A stretch of 62,412 nt of DNA, from positions 1 to 62,412 of the IMG/VR virus record IMGVR_UViG_3300042344_000078; one strand, written 5' to 3'. Position numbers and translations under genes: made by a program. The notes beneath the pieces were generated by a model. The model was not told where the DNA came from. It made no database searches and saw only the letters and a list, made by a program, of their open reading frames with translations. Shown piece by piece: positions 27,582 to 37,646 of this stretch (the first letter of the stretch is position 1; the number at the start of each line of letters is the position of its first letter). This DNA is from a virus (Duplodnaviria > Caudoviricetes).

Positions 27582-29648
27582 TTAACGGGCCATTGGTATC
27601 GAAAGCGGAATATTCGTAACAGACGGATTAGGCACTACAATGCCATCGGACATCGTAATCTGACCCTGCGGATCAACATAAGCGGCATAAGCCCCGTCTT
27701 TGCGATAGACGAAGAACTTGCCGTCCTCACCTTCTCGTACATCAAATCCGCTCAACTTCAGACGTTCAACTTGTGCCTTAGTGGCGGCGTCATAAAGTTT
27801 TTCAATTTTCTTCTCTTCAATTTTGTAGCCAGCCTTTGCGCTCTCTTTAAGCAATTCGATCTGAAGATCGAGTCTCTTTTTTTCCATTTCATAAGTACGA
27901 GCGCGGTATGATTCACTCAGTGTGTACTGGGCTGCATCCTTAACATCGGCGCGAGACACGTTCGCCCGAGACACTTGGCCATCAACCACCAGATTAAAGT
28001 TGCCATTGGTCAGAGGCTGAATCCCAACCTGACGACCAGTGGCTCGTGACATGGCATTGCTTAGAGATATGTTGTCACCAAGGTCAAAGTTCGTAATAGA
28101 CTGAAGACCTTGAAGATTCTGGTAAGTATTGCGCAACTGGATACGTTTCAAACCAGTCTCAGCAGCTTGGACAATATCACCGCTTTGGGCATAGTACTTC
28201 TGCAGCCGATCAAGTTCACGATCCTGCGCCACAACAACCTGCATATCTCCATTCAGTTTAGGAGGATTACGCAGATATGTCATTGCTGTCGGAGCAGGAG
28301 CAGGTACGCCGGGTTTGGCCTCAAGAGCAGACGTAATAGCTGGAGAAGCTGAAGGTTCTCTTAATCCAGCAGGAGCAACACCGCCCATCGGCGTGGGCGA
28401 TAGCATTTCAGTCGGTAGACCCTGCGGCTGCGCAGCCGCAGTAGCCGCAGCAGTCGTTGGTTCTGCAAGCGCACCGCTGTATTTCTGATAGAATGCCACC
28501 GGATTGCTTTGTGCTTCAGCAAGCAACGTCGGATTCGTGGTTAGCGCATTGACAACTTGCGGAGACTGAAACCATGCCTGTGCTGCTTGCGCCCTCGCAT
28601 CGCGCTGAGCAAGAGCCGCACCGCGTTCTGGTGTGCCTACTAAATAATTAAGGGCGCTAGATACAGGTGCCGCAAAATATTTGCCAGTGGTAGTTGCTGG
28701 GTATCCACCGACAGTTTCCGCTATACCACCAACGGTAAGACCTGCGCCGAGTCTGCTAATGTCCTGTCTAAGACCAGAACTGCCGGGGGGAGCAACACCG
28801 GGACCAGTTTCACCCATCTTGAGCGCAGCCCACTGCTGCATATCACCAGCGGTACGGATGTTTCTAAACACCGATGGATTAGCTGCGATAGCAGCAGCAT
28901 CGACGACTTGAGCGATTGGCGTATTCGGCGCAGCCGACAGCACTTTAGTAGCGCCACCAGCGCCGAGAAAATGCGCAAGGTAAGTATTGGCATTAGTCGG
29001 AGCAAAACCTCTGCTTGCCAATACAGCTTGGTTATCTTCCGTAAACTTCTTGAGCATCGCAGTCTCAACGCCGGTACCGCGTTGAGCAAGAATCTGCTTG
29101 TCAGTCATTCCAGTGGACGCATCAGGAAAAGTTTTCCTAAACGTCTGGACAAATGTGCTGTTGATAAACTGCCCCGGACCCTGAGCCGTTGACAGTGGAT
29201 TACGACCGACACCTTCAGCACGCTGCATCATTGCGTCATAACTAGCAGGCTTAACGCCTACCGTGGTGTATGTACCAAGTCCGCTAGGAGCTACCCCAGT
29301 CGTCGGTGCTTCTACAGGAGCCATATATCCTGCACCAACTGGTGGTCTTGACTGCGCAGGAAGTTCTAGACTGGTACCGCCGCGTGCATACTCTTGCCTT
29401 GCCGCCTCTTGCGACTGCGCTTGGCGTAGTGCGATATCACTAACTTGCCGTTGTTGTTCTAATGCAGCCATTCTATATGGCTGTTCCATAGCAGACTGCT
29501 CTAGCTCCTGCTGATATTTGCGCTGCACGTCTTGTGCAGTAGCTACAGCAGCGGCAGTTCTCTGCCCTTCTTGAAACATCTCCGCAGTTCTTGGACCTGC
29601 AGACATACTTCGCAAATATTCATTAGGATCAAAGACAAGTTCAGCCAT
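27582..29648 (-). CDS. Internal virion protein with a lytic transglycosylase-like domain
   Basis: RAEG...STAQGPGQFINSTF...TYLAHFLGAGGA. Confidence 0.75.
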   Translation of the reverse strand: MAELVFDPNEYLRSMSAGPRTAEMFQEGQRTAAAVATAQDVQRKYQQELEQSAMEQPYRMAALEQQRQVSDIALRQAQSQEAARQEYARGGTSLELPAQSRPPVGAGYMAPVEAPTTGVAPSGLGTYTTVGVKPASYDAMMQRAEGVGRNPLSTAQGPGQFINSTFVQTFRKTFPDASTGMTDKQILAQRGTGVETAMLKKFTEDNQAVLASRGFAPTNANTYLAHFLGAGGATKVLSAAPNTPIAQVVDAAAIAANPSVFRNIRTAGDMQQWAALKMGETGPGVAPPGSSGLRQDISRLGAGLTVGGIAETVGGYPATTTGKYFAAPVSSALNYLVGTPERGAALAQRDARAQAAQAWFQSPQVVNALTTNPTLLAEAQSNPVAFYQKYSGALAEPTTAAATAAAQPQGLPTEMLSPTPMGGVAPAGLREPSASPAITSALEAKPGVPAPAPTAMTYLRNPPKLNGDMQVVVAQDRELDRLQKYYAQSGDIVQAAETGLKRIQLRNTYQNLQGLQSITNFDLGDNISLSNAMSRATGRQVGIQPLTNGNFNLVVDGQVSRANVSRADVKDAAQYTLSESYRARTYEMEKKRLDLQIELLKESAKAGYKIEEKKIEKLYDAATKAQVERLKLSGFDVREGEDGKFFVYRKDGAYAAYVDPQGQITMSDGIVVPNPSVTNIPLSIPMAR

Positions 29649-29655
29649 GATTTAG

Positions 29656-31044
29656 TTACTGCCCATAAGAGAGGGAGAACTGGGAAGGTCTATTCTTATT
29701 GTAAATACCGCCAAACAAACCACCGGTAGCGCGAGCAAGCTGTTCTTGATACTGTTGTTTACGTTTCTCAGCAGCTTGGAAAAGAGGAAGCGCAGCCATT
29801 GTCTCTCCGACAGGAGCAGAAGTTGGCATTAATCCAGCAGCACTTATCATATCTTTTTCAGCACGTGACGTTTCACCTGCAGCGGCGGCAGAGCCAGCAC
29901 GTTGAGCTTCGATAGAACCAGCGCGAGCAAGCCCAGCTTGACGACGCTCAGAACCGGTACCGCCATAAGCACCTGTACCATAGCGACGTTGCTGTTCACG
30001 GAGTCCACGCTGCACACCTGATACCGCTTCGGCATAGGCTTTCTCAGGATTGGCCTGTGCTGCGTTCCAGACTGCATTAGCCTGTTCTACACGCTGCGCA
30101 AATAAATCTTTATTAGTCCGTGCAAGTTGCGCTGTTTCAGCAACTGCTCGTTTTTCTTCTTCAGTTAGCCCGTCCGGCGGTTTATTATACATTGTCATAC
30201 CAAGGTCAGCGAGACCACCAGCAGTAATACCTTCAGCAAATTTACCGACTAAACCACCTATAACATTAGACAGCATTGGACTAGCTGCACCAGCGGCGAC
30301 AGTACCTGCCCCAGCTAAACCTAATGTACCGGCTAACCCACTGGTTCCTCCGGCGACTGGAGCCATAGCGCCACCAGCAGTAGCTGTGCCAGCAAGGATT
30401 GAACCGGGTAGATTAAGCGGCGCAGTAGAAGCGGGAGCTATACCAAGAGCTGATCCTAAACCCATGTATCCGCCGATACCGCCGCCGAGACCTCCGGTAA
30501 TAGCTCCTGTAAGCGCACCGCGCCCAGTCAAAGCACCTGTAGCAGCACCTGCGCCTGCGCCCAAAGCTGCACCTGTTAAGCCTGCACCAAAGCTCGTTGC
30601 TGCAGCGCCACCTAAAACGCCAAGGCCAAGTGCCGAACCAACACCGCCAAGACTGATAGCAGCCAGTCCAGTTCCAATAACAGGAGCGAGAAACGGAGCG
30701 GCGATTGCAGCTACAACGGGGACTGCAATTGTAGCTACAGTTTTTAGTATGCTACCTACTTTACTAGTACTAGGTGCTTCTTCCGCACCACCGCGAGCAA
30801 TGTAAGATGCGGACTCTCCAATGTACTTTGCTGCATTGGGAGAAAGAGCGGCGGCAGCGGCTGCATCTCCTCTTGCAACCGCTTCAGCTGTAGCTTTTGC
30901 AGTTTGTGCAGCAGGTGCAGACGCCGTGATATATTTTGCCGCATCGGGAGAAAGAGCGGCGGCAGTGGCTGCATCTCCTCTTGCAACCGCCTCTGCTGTG
31001 GCCACATTTTTTTGGTGTTGTAACCAATCTTCATACCAGCCCAT
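29656..31044 (-). CDS. Gly/Ala-rich internal virion (ejection) protein
   Basis: Long hydrophobic Gly/Ala stretch; position before the ejection genes. Confidence 0.7.
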   Translation of the reverse strand: MGWYEDWLQHQKNVATAEAVARGDAATAAALSPDAAKYITASAPAAQTAKATAEAVARGDAAAAAALSPNAAKYIGESASYIARGGAEEAPSTSKVGSILKTVATIAVPVVAAIAAPFLAPVIGTGLAAISLGGVGSALGLGVLGGAAATSFGAGLTGAALGAGAGAATGALTGRGALTGAITGGLGGGIGGYMGLGSALGIAPASTAPLNLPGSILAGTATAGGAMAPVAGGTSGLAGTLGLAGAGTVAAGAASPMLSNVIGGLVGKFAEGITAGGLADLGMTMYNKPPDGLTEEEKRAVAETAQLARTNKDLFAQRVEQANAVWNAAQANPEKAYAEAVSGVQRGLREQQRRYGTGAYGGTGSERRQAGLARAGSIEAQRAGSAAAAGETSRAEKDMISAAGLMPTSAPVGETMAALPLFQAAEKRKQQYQEQLARATGGLFGGIYNKNRPSQFSLSYGQ

Positions 31045-31060
31045 AGTAGTCTCCTAAAAT

Positions 31061-31978
31061 CTACTTACTGCCATCTTCATTATAATTCTGGAGCATCTTA
31101 TCAAAGAACTCCGTACCTTTAGCACGAACTATGTGGGCAGGAATAACATATTCGCCTTCATGCGCGCGGATCGGAATAGATCCATCGGCTCGACTGCTCT
31201 TTTGTGGGAGCGGTCCACCTGTCGCCATTGATGGCATAGCACCAGATACTTCTGGTCCAGATACTCCACCCATCTGGGTAGCCCCGGCAGTAAGCGCAGG
31301 GTTCTCAGCAACTGGCTGCATCCCACCCATCTGCATTTGCGGATTAGCTTGTAGTGACTGGCCCATGATAAGGATGGCAAACAGTAAACCGGGATCAAAC
31401 TGCTGGCTAATCTCCTGCTCAGTAAACAGATTCTCGCGTATAGCCATAGCTCTAAGTTGCGGATATATCTCAGGGTTCTGCATTGCTACAGTTGCAAGTT
31501 GAACCAAAATATTAAGTTCCTGCATCGTCAAATTACCAGATTGGATTTCCTGTTGGACGGCCATCTGGATCTGCTGAGCTTGCCGTGGGTTGCGCTGAGC
31601 GAACCGCTGTGCTTCCTGCATTAACTGCGTATTGGATATACGCGGAGCCGCACCCGGAGGGGTAAGTCCCGGCTGAGTCGCAGTGGACATCTGAGGCTGA
31701 GCACCCATCGGCATAGAAGCCTGACCCTCGACACCGGGAGGGAGAATAGGTTGCCCACCGGGGCCGACTTGACCACCGACTTGGTAAGACGAAGGCATAC
31801 CACCGAAGGTATCTCCGATTCCAGTATAAGGGTTTTGCATTGGAGGTTCTATAGCTCCCATATCAAGAAGACTAGCAATAGTCGGCGGTAGGTCCAGAGA
31901 ATTTGTAGACGCCGAAACCTGTGAATTATCAAAGGGTTGCTCAATACCCTGTGCCATTATACTTGCTACGTCTACCAT
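31061..31978 (-). CDS. Gln/Pro-rich virion-associated protein
   Basis: C-terminal DGSIPIRAHEGEYVIPAHIVRAKG motif seen in phage structural proteins. Confidence 0.65.
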   Translation of the reverse strand: MVDVASIMAQGIEQPFDNSQVSASTNSLDLPPTIASLLDMGAIEPPMQNPYTGIGDTFGGMPSSYQVGGQVGPGGQPILPPGVEGQASMPMGAQPQMSTATQPGLTPPGAAPRISNTQLMQEAQRFAQRNPRQAQQIQMAVQQEIQSGNLTMQELNILVQLATVAMQNPEIYPQLRAMAIRENLFTEQEISQQFDPGLLFAILIMGQSLQANPQMQMGGMQPVAENPALTAGATQMGGVSGPEVSGAMPSMATGGPLPQKSSRADGSIPIRAHEGEYVIPAHIVRAKGTEFFDKMLQNYNEDGSK

Positions 31979-31979
31979 A

Positions 31980-32372
31980 TCACGACCTCAAAGCGGCAGA
32001 AAGATTTATAACTGCTTCGCGCAAATTCTTTAGTTCTTGCAGCAACAAGACCGCATCGCTATATCGAGCCGCCGCGTTTATGACCGATGGTATAGTAGCA
32101 GAATCCGTGTTGTATGTTAACACTTGGTTTCCACTATAAGAAAACGACGTTGTTGTATATAAGGGAAGCGTTTGAGCCGATAGTATATTAACAATTCCTA
32201 TTGGGTCTACATACACATCACCCTTGAATAAAGCTGCACTAGCTAGGTCTTGCTCACCACGTATACCACATAAAAGTTCGACATTCTGTTTTAGTGCCCC
32301 AATAGTTCTAACTTGCCAGTTGGCTGCACCCGCAAATGGGACGGGGGGTATAGGGACAAAATTAGCCATCAA
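31980..32372 (-). CDS. Tail-associated paralog 3 (130 aa)
   Basis: Similar to its two upstream neighbours. Confidence 0.75.
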   Translation of the reverse strand: MMANFVPIPPVPFAGAANWQVRTIGALKQNVELLCGIRGEQDLASAALFKGDVYVDPIGIVNILSAQTLPLYTTTSFSYSGNQVLTYNTDSATIPSVINAAARYSDAVLLLQELKNLREAVINLSAALRS

Positions 32373-32764
32373 ACACCACGCAATTTATTGGTGATTGCCT
32401 CGACCGTTGTGCGGATGTTTGCAATATCAGCTTTTATTTTTTCCAGTTCTGTAAAATACCCGCATGTCGCAAGGGTTGTCGGAATACTATTCCAGCTACC
32501 GGTGTCCGTGATAATAAAATCAGATCCGCCTACATTAACAGAACTTATACTCCCTACAGAAACCGGCGTAATAGCCGTAATCTGCGGGAGGCCCGGACTA
32601 ATAAACGAAAAATCCTTCTTCAGCGCCACTTGTGACGAAATATCATTCCTATTAATTTGCCCCAACAATAACTCTATATTCAACTTAAGCGCAGACAGCG
32701 TCTGCTGCTCCCAATCGGGGACATCGCTTGTAGGTAAGGCGGGTAACGCGGTAAACCTAGCCAT
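32369..32764 (-). CDS. Tail-associated paralog 2 (131 aa)
   Basis: MARFTALPALP...W...LSALKLNIELL; C-terminal coiled coil. Confidence 0.75.
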   Translation of the reverse strand: MARFTALPALPTSDVPDWEQQTLSALKLNIELLLGQINRNDISSQVALKKDFSFISPGLPQITAITPVSVGSISSVNVGGSDFIITDTGSWNSIPTTLATCGYFTELEKIKADIANIRTTVEAITNKLRGV

Positions 32765-33160
32765 CTAACTTACCAACTGAATAATAATATTATTAACTGC
32801 ATTTCGTAAGTCTGCGACCTCAGCAATCATTTTATTCATGTCACTAGCCAAAACACATTGATTAACTAACGACGGGTACGTAGACGAGTTACTATCATAT
32901 AATGCGCCGTCGCCATAACTGATAATTGTAGCTCCTGCCATTGGATTATTTGGTAGTTGTCCCATGGTCACAGGGATAGCAGTTGGTATTATATCACCGA
33001 CGTTATATGTAGATCGAAGAACAGCCTGAGTAGTAATACTACTACGTTCTTGATTAGCTGTTAAGAGGTTCACATTCTGGATCATAGCATTTAATATTTG
33101 AACTTCCCACGAAGCTACGCCTGTATATGGTACTGGTGGAATGACAGCAAACCTAGACAT
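32765..33160 (-). CDS. Tail-associated paralog 1 (131 aa)
   Basis: MSRFAVIPPVP...W...LNAMIQNVNLL; C-terminal coiled coil. Confidence 0.75.
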   Translation of the reverse strand: MSRFAVIPPVPYTGVASWEVQILNAMIQNVNLLTANQERSSITTQAVLRSTYNVGDIIPTAIPVTMGQLPNNPMAGATIISYGDGALYDSNSSTYPSLVNQCVLASDMNKMIAEVADLRNAVNNIIIQLVS

Positions 33161-35370
33161 TATGCTTCTCTCAAAGACGTAGGTGTATCACCCATATGTA
33201 TAGCCCGTATACGGACATAGCTTTCAACTTCAAGTTCAAAAGTATCGCTCTTATATCCACTGGGCATACGGAATACATCTGAATTAGTACACGCTCTAGT
33301 AAATTTAAGCTGCTTATCTACATAGAAATTAAATGTAATTGGGTCGTCTGAATCCCAAACCTGATCCGCAGATTCCCAAAGTACGGTAGCAAGATTCCAC
33401 GTATAGGGAGTTTCTTCCGTAACATAATCAGCTATAATTCTTGCAGCTCCCAGATTAATAAAATCTTTTGTGATAAGTGTCTTAGATTTCCAAGTTATTT
33501 TTGAAGATGGCTGCGCAAGGTCATCCCAATGGTATATATCTCCTGACGTGCCTGACACTACATATAAAATATTAGTAAGCGAGTCATACCAAGCTGCTGA
33601 AAATATAAAATCGGAATTAACGAATGACGGCGCTTCTTGTTTTGCACCAAATTCGAGCACAATGGACCCGGCGGAGTGAGATGCAAAGTACGTATCTTTA
33701 TACGTGACACCGATAAGTGTCTCTGGATTTAGAGATTCGTTCCATGTATCACTACTATGAATCAATCTCGTAGAGAGCTGCGCGCCAGCAGATGGTGCCC
33801 AAACAGCTAGCCCATCGTGAGTAGAATAAACAACGCCGTAGCTAGTCTCTACAATACTTCTACTATTCAAGCAAGGATATCTAGAAGGTAGCTTAGCCTG
33901 AGTCAGAATCGCCGGATCACTACCGTCAACGATATATGGGTAAGATTCTGTAAGAACTAATAACTGCCCACCTACAGATGCTAGTCCTATGATGTTACTT
34001 TCGAAGGATCGTTTATATTCATCTGGCCACGCATGAAAGCGATTAGGTTCAGAAAAATATAAGTCATTCCCTACGAAACCTGCAAGGAATGTACTTTGAA
34101 CAACGGTCAAACCCTTAAGATCATCAGGCGGTGCAAGATAACTACTTGTAGCTAATACAGTATTTAAACTTTTATAGTTAAAATCATCGGTAAAATTATA
34201 GTTGCCAGCATCACCCCAGTATCTAGCAGTACTAGTAGAAAGTTCTGACACGTCGTAATAAAGCGTACCAGAAGCAGCCGTAGAAGATACAGTGGCTGCA
34301 GTCTGAGCATAAGTAAATGTATACTCGTCAACAACTTCAGATACAATACCACCGGTGATGTTAAAAGATGCGACAGTACACCCGCTGATTTTAAATCTAT
34401 CAGCGGCAATAAGATTATGCGGATATTGAAACGTAACTGTAGAAACATTCGATGCCCGCGCTACAGTTGTAATTGTATTTGGAAACCAAAGAGTTTGAAG
34501 AAGATAATACTCAGCTTGCGTCGTACCGGAAAGAGTACGGTAGAGCCGAATACCACGAATAAAATTATCCCCCGAAGGTGCGGCTGTAGGTAAATTAGAT
34601 ACCGTAACAATCTGACCTTCTTTAATAAATAGCGCAGTTGATGGATCAGAACCGATTGATTCCTCGTTCCACGGTGTATACCACGTATAAAGATATGTGC
34701 GCGCTTGGATCGAACCACCGAGGTCAATCGTACCGCCGGATGCAGTACCGGCTGGACCCACTGCGTAATAACTAAATGATGTAGAACTGATAACCGTAGC
34801 AGTTGTGACTACGTTAAACGTCGTAGGTGTAACGCCGGATACAGATATAGTAGCGCCGTCTTTAATATTATGGGCGCTCGAAGTCGTGACTGTTACGTTG
34901 TTAGCACTATCCCGGCTATATGAACCAGTCGTTATAGCTGTAAACGCTGTAGCTGTAGTCGTAGCCTTCTGTGTAGGAAGCGGTAGGCCAAGTTCATAGA
35001 ATCCAGTTGCTGAAGGATATGGCGCAGATCCACTCGTAGCCAGTCTATAGTTACTGACTTTAGGCTTACCATCACCGGTATAGTAGAACCGTTGTTCGTT
35101 CAGCGAGTCTTGCGCAGGCGTAACAATGTCAACATCTGTTAGCCATGATAGCCAAACAAGAGCGTCTGTACTTGGATTTCTAAGTGCATAGAGTGTCTTG
35201 ATCGTCCCAGTACGGGAGGCAGAAGCCACAATATATGGTGAGCTAAATGGGATAAGATCACCGGAATATAGTTTACAGTTCTGCGCAGTCTGCGCAGCCG
35301 TAGCTGGTAATAACTCTGAAGCTGACTTCGGAGTTGTACCTAAGAATCCGGTGATCTTAATAGCTGGCAT
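33160..35370 (-). CDS. Tail nozzle / tail tubular protein B-like
   Basis: 736 aa, beta-rich; LYFSEPNRFHAWP; position in a podovirus tail module. Confidence 0.7.
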   Translation of the reverse strand: MPAIKITGFLGTTPKSASELLPATAAQTAQNCKLYSGDLIPFSSPYIVASASRTGTIKTLYALRNPSTDALVWLSWLTDVDIVTPAQDSLNEQRFYYTGDGKPKVSNYRLATSGSAPYPSATGFYELGLPLPTQKATTTATAFTAITTGSYSRDSANNVTVTTSSAHNIKDGATISVSGVTPTTFNVVTTATVISSTSFSYYAVGPAGTASGGTIDLGGSIQARTYLYTWYTPWNEESIGSDPSTALFIKEGQIVTVSNLPTAAPSGDNFIRGIRLYRTLSGTTQAEYYLLQTLWFPNTITTVARASNVSTVTFQYPHNLIAADRFKISGCTVASFNITGGIVSEVVDEYTFTYAQTAATVSSTAASGTLYYDVSELSTSTARYWGDAGNYNFTDDFNYKSLNTVLATSSYLAPPDDLKGLTVVQSTFLAGFVGNDLYFSEPNRFHAWPDEYKRSFESNIIGLASVGGQLLVLTESYPYIVDGSDPAILTQAKLPSRYPCLNSRSIVETSYGVVYSTHDGLAVWAPSAGAQLSTRLIHSSDTWNESLNPETLIGVTYKDTYFASHSAGSIVLEFGAKQEAPSFVNSDFIFSAAWYDSLTNILYVVSGTSGDIYHWDDLAQPSSKITWKSKTLITKDFINLGAARIIADYVTEETPYTWNLATVLWESADQVWDSDDPITFNFYVDKQLKFTRACTNSDVFRMPSGYKSDTFELEVESYVRIRAIHMGDTPTSLREA

Positions 35371-35511
35371 TTATTTGCAGCCGCCCTTTTTGACCATACC
35401 GCCCTTTTTATAAGCAGGCATCTTTTTTTCTTCCGCCATGGCGACTTTACCTTTAGGCATCATTTTACCTTTAGGCATCATGGCTTTTGATTTACTTGCA
35501 ACGTTTTTCAT
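35371..35511 (-). CDS. 46-aa Lys/Met-rich basic peptide, not in the ORF track
   Basis: MKNVASKSKAMMPKGKMMPKGK...AYKKGGMVKKGGCK; ATGA overlap with the o-spanin. Confidence 0.65.
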   Translation of the reverse strand: MKNVASKSKAMMPKGKMMPKGKVAMAEEKKMPAYKKGGMVKKGGCK

Positions 35512-35699
35512 GTTCCCTCACAATAAGCTTTACGTCGCGCATTATGCGCTTTCACTTCCTCAATGGTCTGAACAGTGTCCTTCTTAGACCAAGAGATCGG
35601 ACGCCAGACTAAGCAGCTAGTCTCGGCGGTGGCCATCGTTGTTGAGCAACCCGCCATTAGCGGACTCAACACGAGACTTAGCATCAGCAGCCAGCGCAT
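35508..35699 (-). CDS. o-spanin (Rz1-like lipoprotein)
   Basis: LMAGC lipobox; overlaps the 3' end of the i-spanin. Confidence 0.75.
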   Translation of the reverse strand: MRWLLMLSLVLSPLMAGCSTTMATAETSCLVWRPISWSKKDTVQTIEEVKAHNARRKAYCEGT

Positions 35700-35862
35700 T
35701 TTCTAATCTCCTACGAGCGTCTTCCTCTTGAGCCTTGCGAAGCCCGCTCTCACCTTCCTGCCTACCCTTCTCCTCAGCCATGCGAACAGCAGCCCACACA
35801 GCCACATAGATAGCAGCAAAAAGACCAGCGAAAAACGTAACCGCTGCAACAAACGTGTACAT
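35617..35862 (-). CDS. i-spanin (Rz-like)
   Basis: N-terminal TM (MYTFVAAVTFF...) followed by a coiled coil. Confidence 0.7.
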   Translation of the reverse strand: MYTFVAAVTFFAGLFAAIYVAVWAAVRMAEEKGRQEGESGLRKAQEEDARRRLENALAADAKSRVESANGGLLNNDGHRRD

Positions 35863-36041
35863 TATTTTTCGCCGGGCGGCGTAGTCGTGACCGAACGCAT
35901 GACTGCCATGATGACAGACATAGCGATGATCGACCAGCCCGCCTTGGGGTCCTGAAGGAAAGAGTTCCAATCAGCAACCGCGAGAGCGCCGAACGCTGCC
36001 GTCAGAGCCGAAAGAAGATAAGTGCGCCATCCGATAATCAT
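35862..36041 (-). CDS. Holin-like 2-TM protein
   Basis: MIIGWRTYLLSALT..., two hydrophobic segments, RSVTTTP; RBS GGAGG. Confidence 0.7.
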   Translation of the reverse strand: MIIGWRTYLLSALTAAFGALAVADWNSFLQDPKAGWSIIAMSVIMAVMRSVTTTPPGEK

Positions 36042-36160
36042 AATGACCTCCATGCGTGGGCCGCAGCCACTCCGAGTTTAGCAGACACAGATGCTGCAAG
36101 TGCAGCAATACCAGCAATCACTAGTTTCATAAAGAAATCAAAGTGATCCGGGTGCATCAT
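36038..36160 (-). CDS. 40-aa single-TM peptide in the lysis cassette, not in the ORF track
   Basis: ATGA overlaps with endolysin and holin; LVIAGIAALAASVSA. Confidence 0.55.
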   Translation of the reverse strand: MMHPDHFDFFMKLVIAGIAALAASVSAKLGVAAAHAWRSL

Positions 36161-36552
36161 TTCTTCGGGTCCGGGTAGAGCTTATGAGGAAGCTGCCAAT
36201 GCGGACCGTCTTTGAACGAAGTCCAGTCGCCGCCCCATTCTACAGGGACTTTAACATCCTTCGCTGCTTGTTTCACCACCTTCGAAAGCTGATTATACAA
36301 CGGCCAATCCCAGCGAACTTCACCATTAATCAACGGCGCGAGGTCAACAGCGAATCCGTGAATGTGCCGCGACCTCATGGTGCGCGTAGCCTTCTTGGCA
36401 AATAACTCCCGTTGACGTTCCACCGTACGCTTGCCTTCAAGGACGGTAAAATCAATCGGAGAAATCTCAATGGCGCGACGAACTACTCTGATGAGATCAG
36501 GGTGTACGCCTTTAAGCCGTTGCTCGGAGCGAGTACCTAGCTTGTACCCCAT
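36157..36552 (-). CDS. Endolysin, M15 L-Ala-D-Glu peptidase-like
   Basis: EGKRTVERQ, SRHIHGFAVD, WGGDW, DGPHWQL. Confidence 0.9.
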   Translation of the reverse strand: MGYKLGTRSEQRLKGVHPDLIRVVRRAIEISPIDFTVLEGKRTVERQRELFAKKATRTMRSRHIHGFAVDLAPLINGEVRWDWPLYNQLSKVVKQAAKDVKVPVEWGGDWTSFKDGPHWQLPHKLYPDPKK

Positions 36553-36827
36553 TATTTATGCCCCTCTTTTTCCAGTCTAGTTTCTATCCGGCTGACAATC
36601 TGCAGGATACTAGCCAGTCTTTCATCAGACCGAACTTGGCCTGTCTCAAGAGAGCGAATACGAGCCTCTGCAGCATTCTGCATCGACTCTAATTCTTTGA
36701 TTCCTTTGTGAGTTAAGTCACTGCGCTCAGACATAGACCCCCAAGCGACGGCAACTGCGACTCCCATCGCAGCTAAATTAATTAGATTACCTAGAGAGAA
36801 GTCCCAACGCATAGGCGACTCTTCCAT
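36552..36827 (-). CDS. TM + coiled-coil protein (holin/antiholin-like)
   Basis: N-terminal TM; directly upstream of the endolysin. Confidence 0.6.
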   Translation of the reverse strand: MEESPMRWDFSLGNLINLAAMGVAVAVAWGSMSERSDLTHKGIKELESMQNAAEARIRSLETGQVRSDERLASILQIVSRIETRLEKEGHK

Positions 36828-36830
36828 TAG

Positions 36831-37637
36831 TTAGCCCCAATCACCGAGGGAGACTACGGATGAATCTCCAGCGCGATAGGATTTAAAGTAACTATTAACA
36901 CCAACAACTGCAGCACTAGCTACACCGAGAGAGACTTGTGGGATAATTGTACCCGCTGATGTGATACGGATTACGCCGTTGATATAAGTCATACCTACTG
37001 TGTTGGTGTTAGCAGTGATGAGCGTTGTATTTGCCGCTGTATTAAACGTCTGCTCTGCTGCCGTAGCAGTAGCAAGAGCTGCTGGCTTCGCTGTAGACGA
37101 TCTCCAAGACTGAGTAATTGTGGCAGAACCGCCGAGGGCAAAGCCAAACGAGCCACTAGAAGAACTCATATTTGTAAGCGAGAATCCGCACTCAAAGAAA
37201 TAAACGCCTGTAGATAGCGTAATTGCACCATTAGTTGGACCACCGCCACCATCAAAAATAGCTTGCGCCGCAGTTTGACTCGTTAGCGTATTAGCTGATG
37301 TAAGGGCAATAAACGCGCTACTTAAAGCTGAGTCATTTATAGCATCTGTAATACCTTGTGCCGTAATTCGTAGTTCAACAATGGACCCAGATGGAAATCC
37401 AATAGCGGATGTCCCTTCCTGCGCGCGAGCAATACCAAGAGTATCGGTCGATCTAGAAGTGACCTTGATAATCTCAAAGGACCCGCTCGTAGAGGTTATC
37501 GTTGCATAAAAATATTCGCCAGCGCCGACAGTAGGGAACGATGCACCCCCGCCGGAAGTCAATGCCGCTGACGTATCAGAACTAGATATCGCAGACGATA
37601 AATACCCAATCGCATTATTTTTAAATTTGACAGTCAT
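36831..37637 (-). CDS. Tail fibre / virion appendage protein
   Basis: MTVKFKNNA...EIIKVTSR...RAQEGT N-terminal fibre-type domain; Ser/Thr-rich. Confidence 0.7.
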   Translation of the reverse strand: MTVKFKNNAIGYLSSAISSSDTSAALTSGGGASFPTVGAGEYFYATITSTSGSFEIIKVTSRSTDTLGIARAQEGTSAIGFPSGSIVELRITAQGITDAINDSALSSAFIALTSANTLTSQTAAQAIFDGGGGPTNGAITLSTGVYFFECGFSLTNMSSSSGSFGFALGGSATITQSWRSSTAKPAALATATAAEQTFNTAANTTLITANTNTVGMTYINGVIRITSAGTIIPQVSLGVASAAVVGVNSYFKSYRAGDSSVVSLGDWG

Positions 37638-37646
37638 CCCTGTCTC

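Noticed and set aside
21184-30805. Long + strand ORFs antisense to virion genes (e.g. 21184-21828, 22882-23688, 30050-30805)
   Set aside because: Shadow ORFs of GC/Ala-rich genes, with no clear RBS or recognisable motifs.
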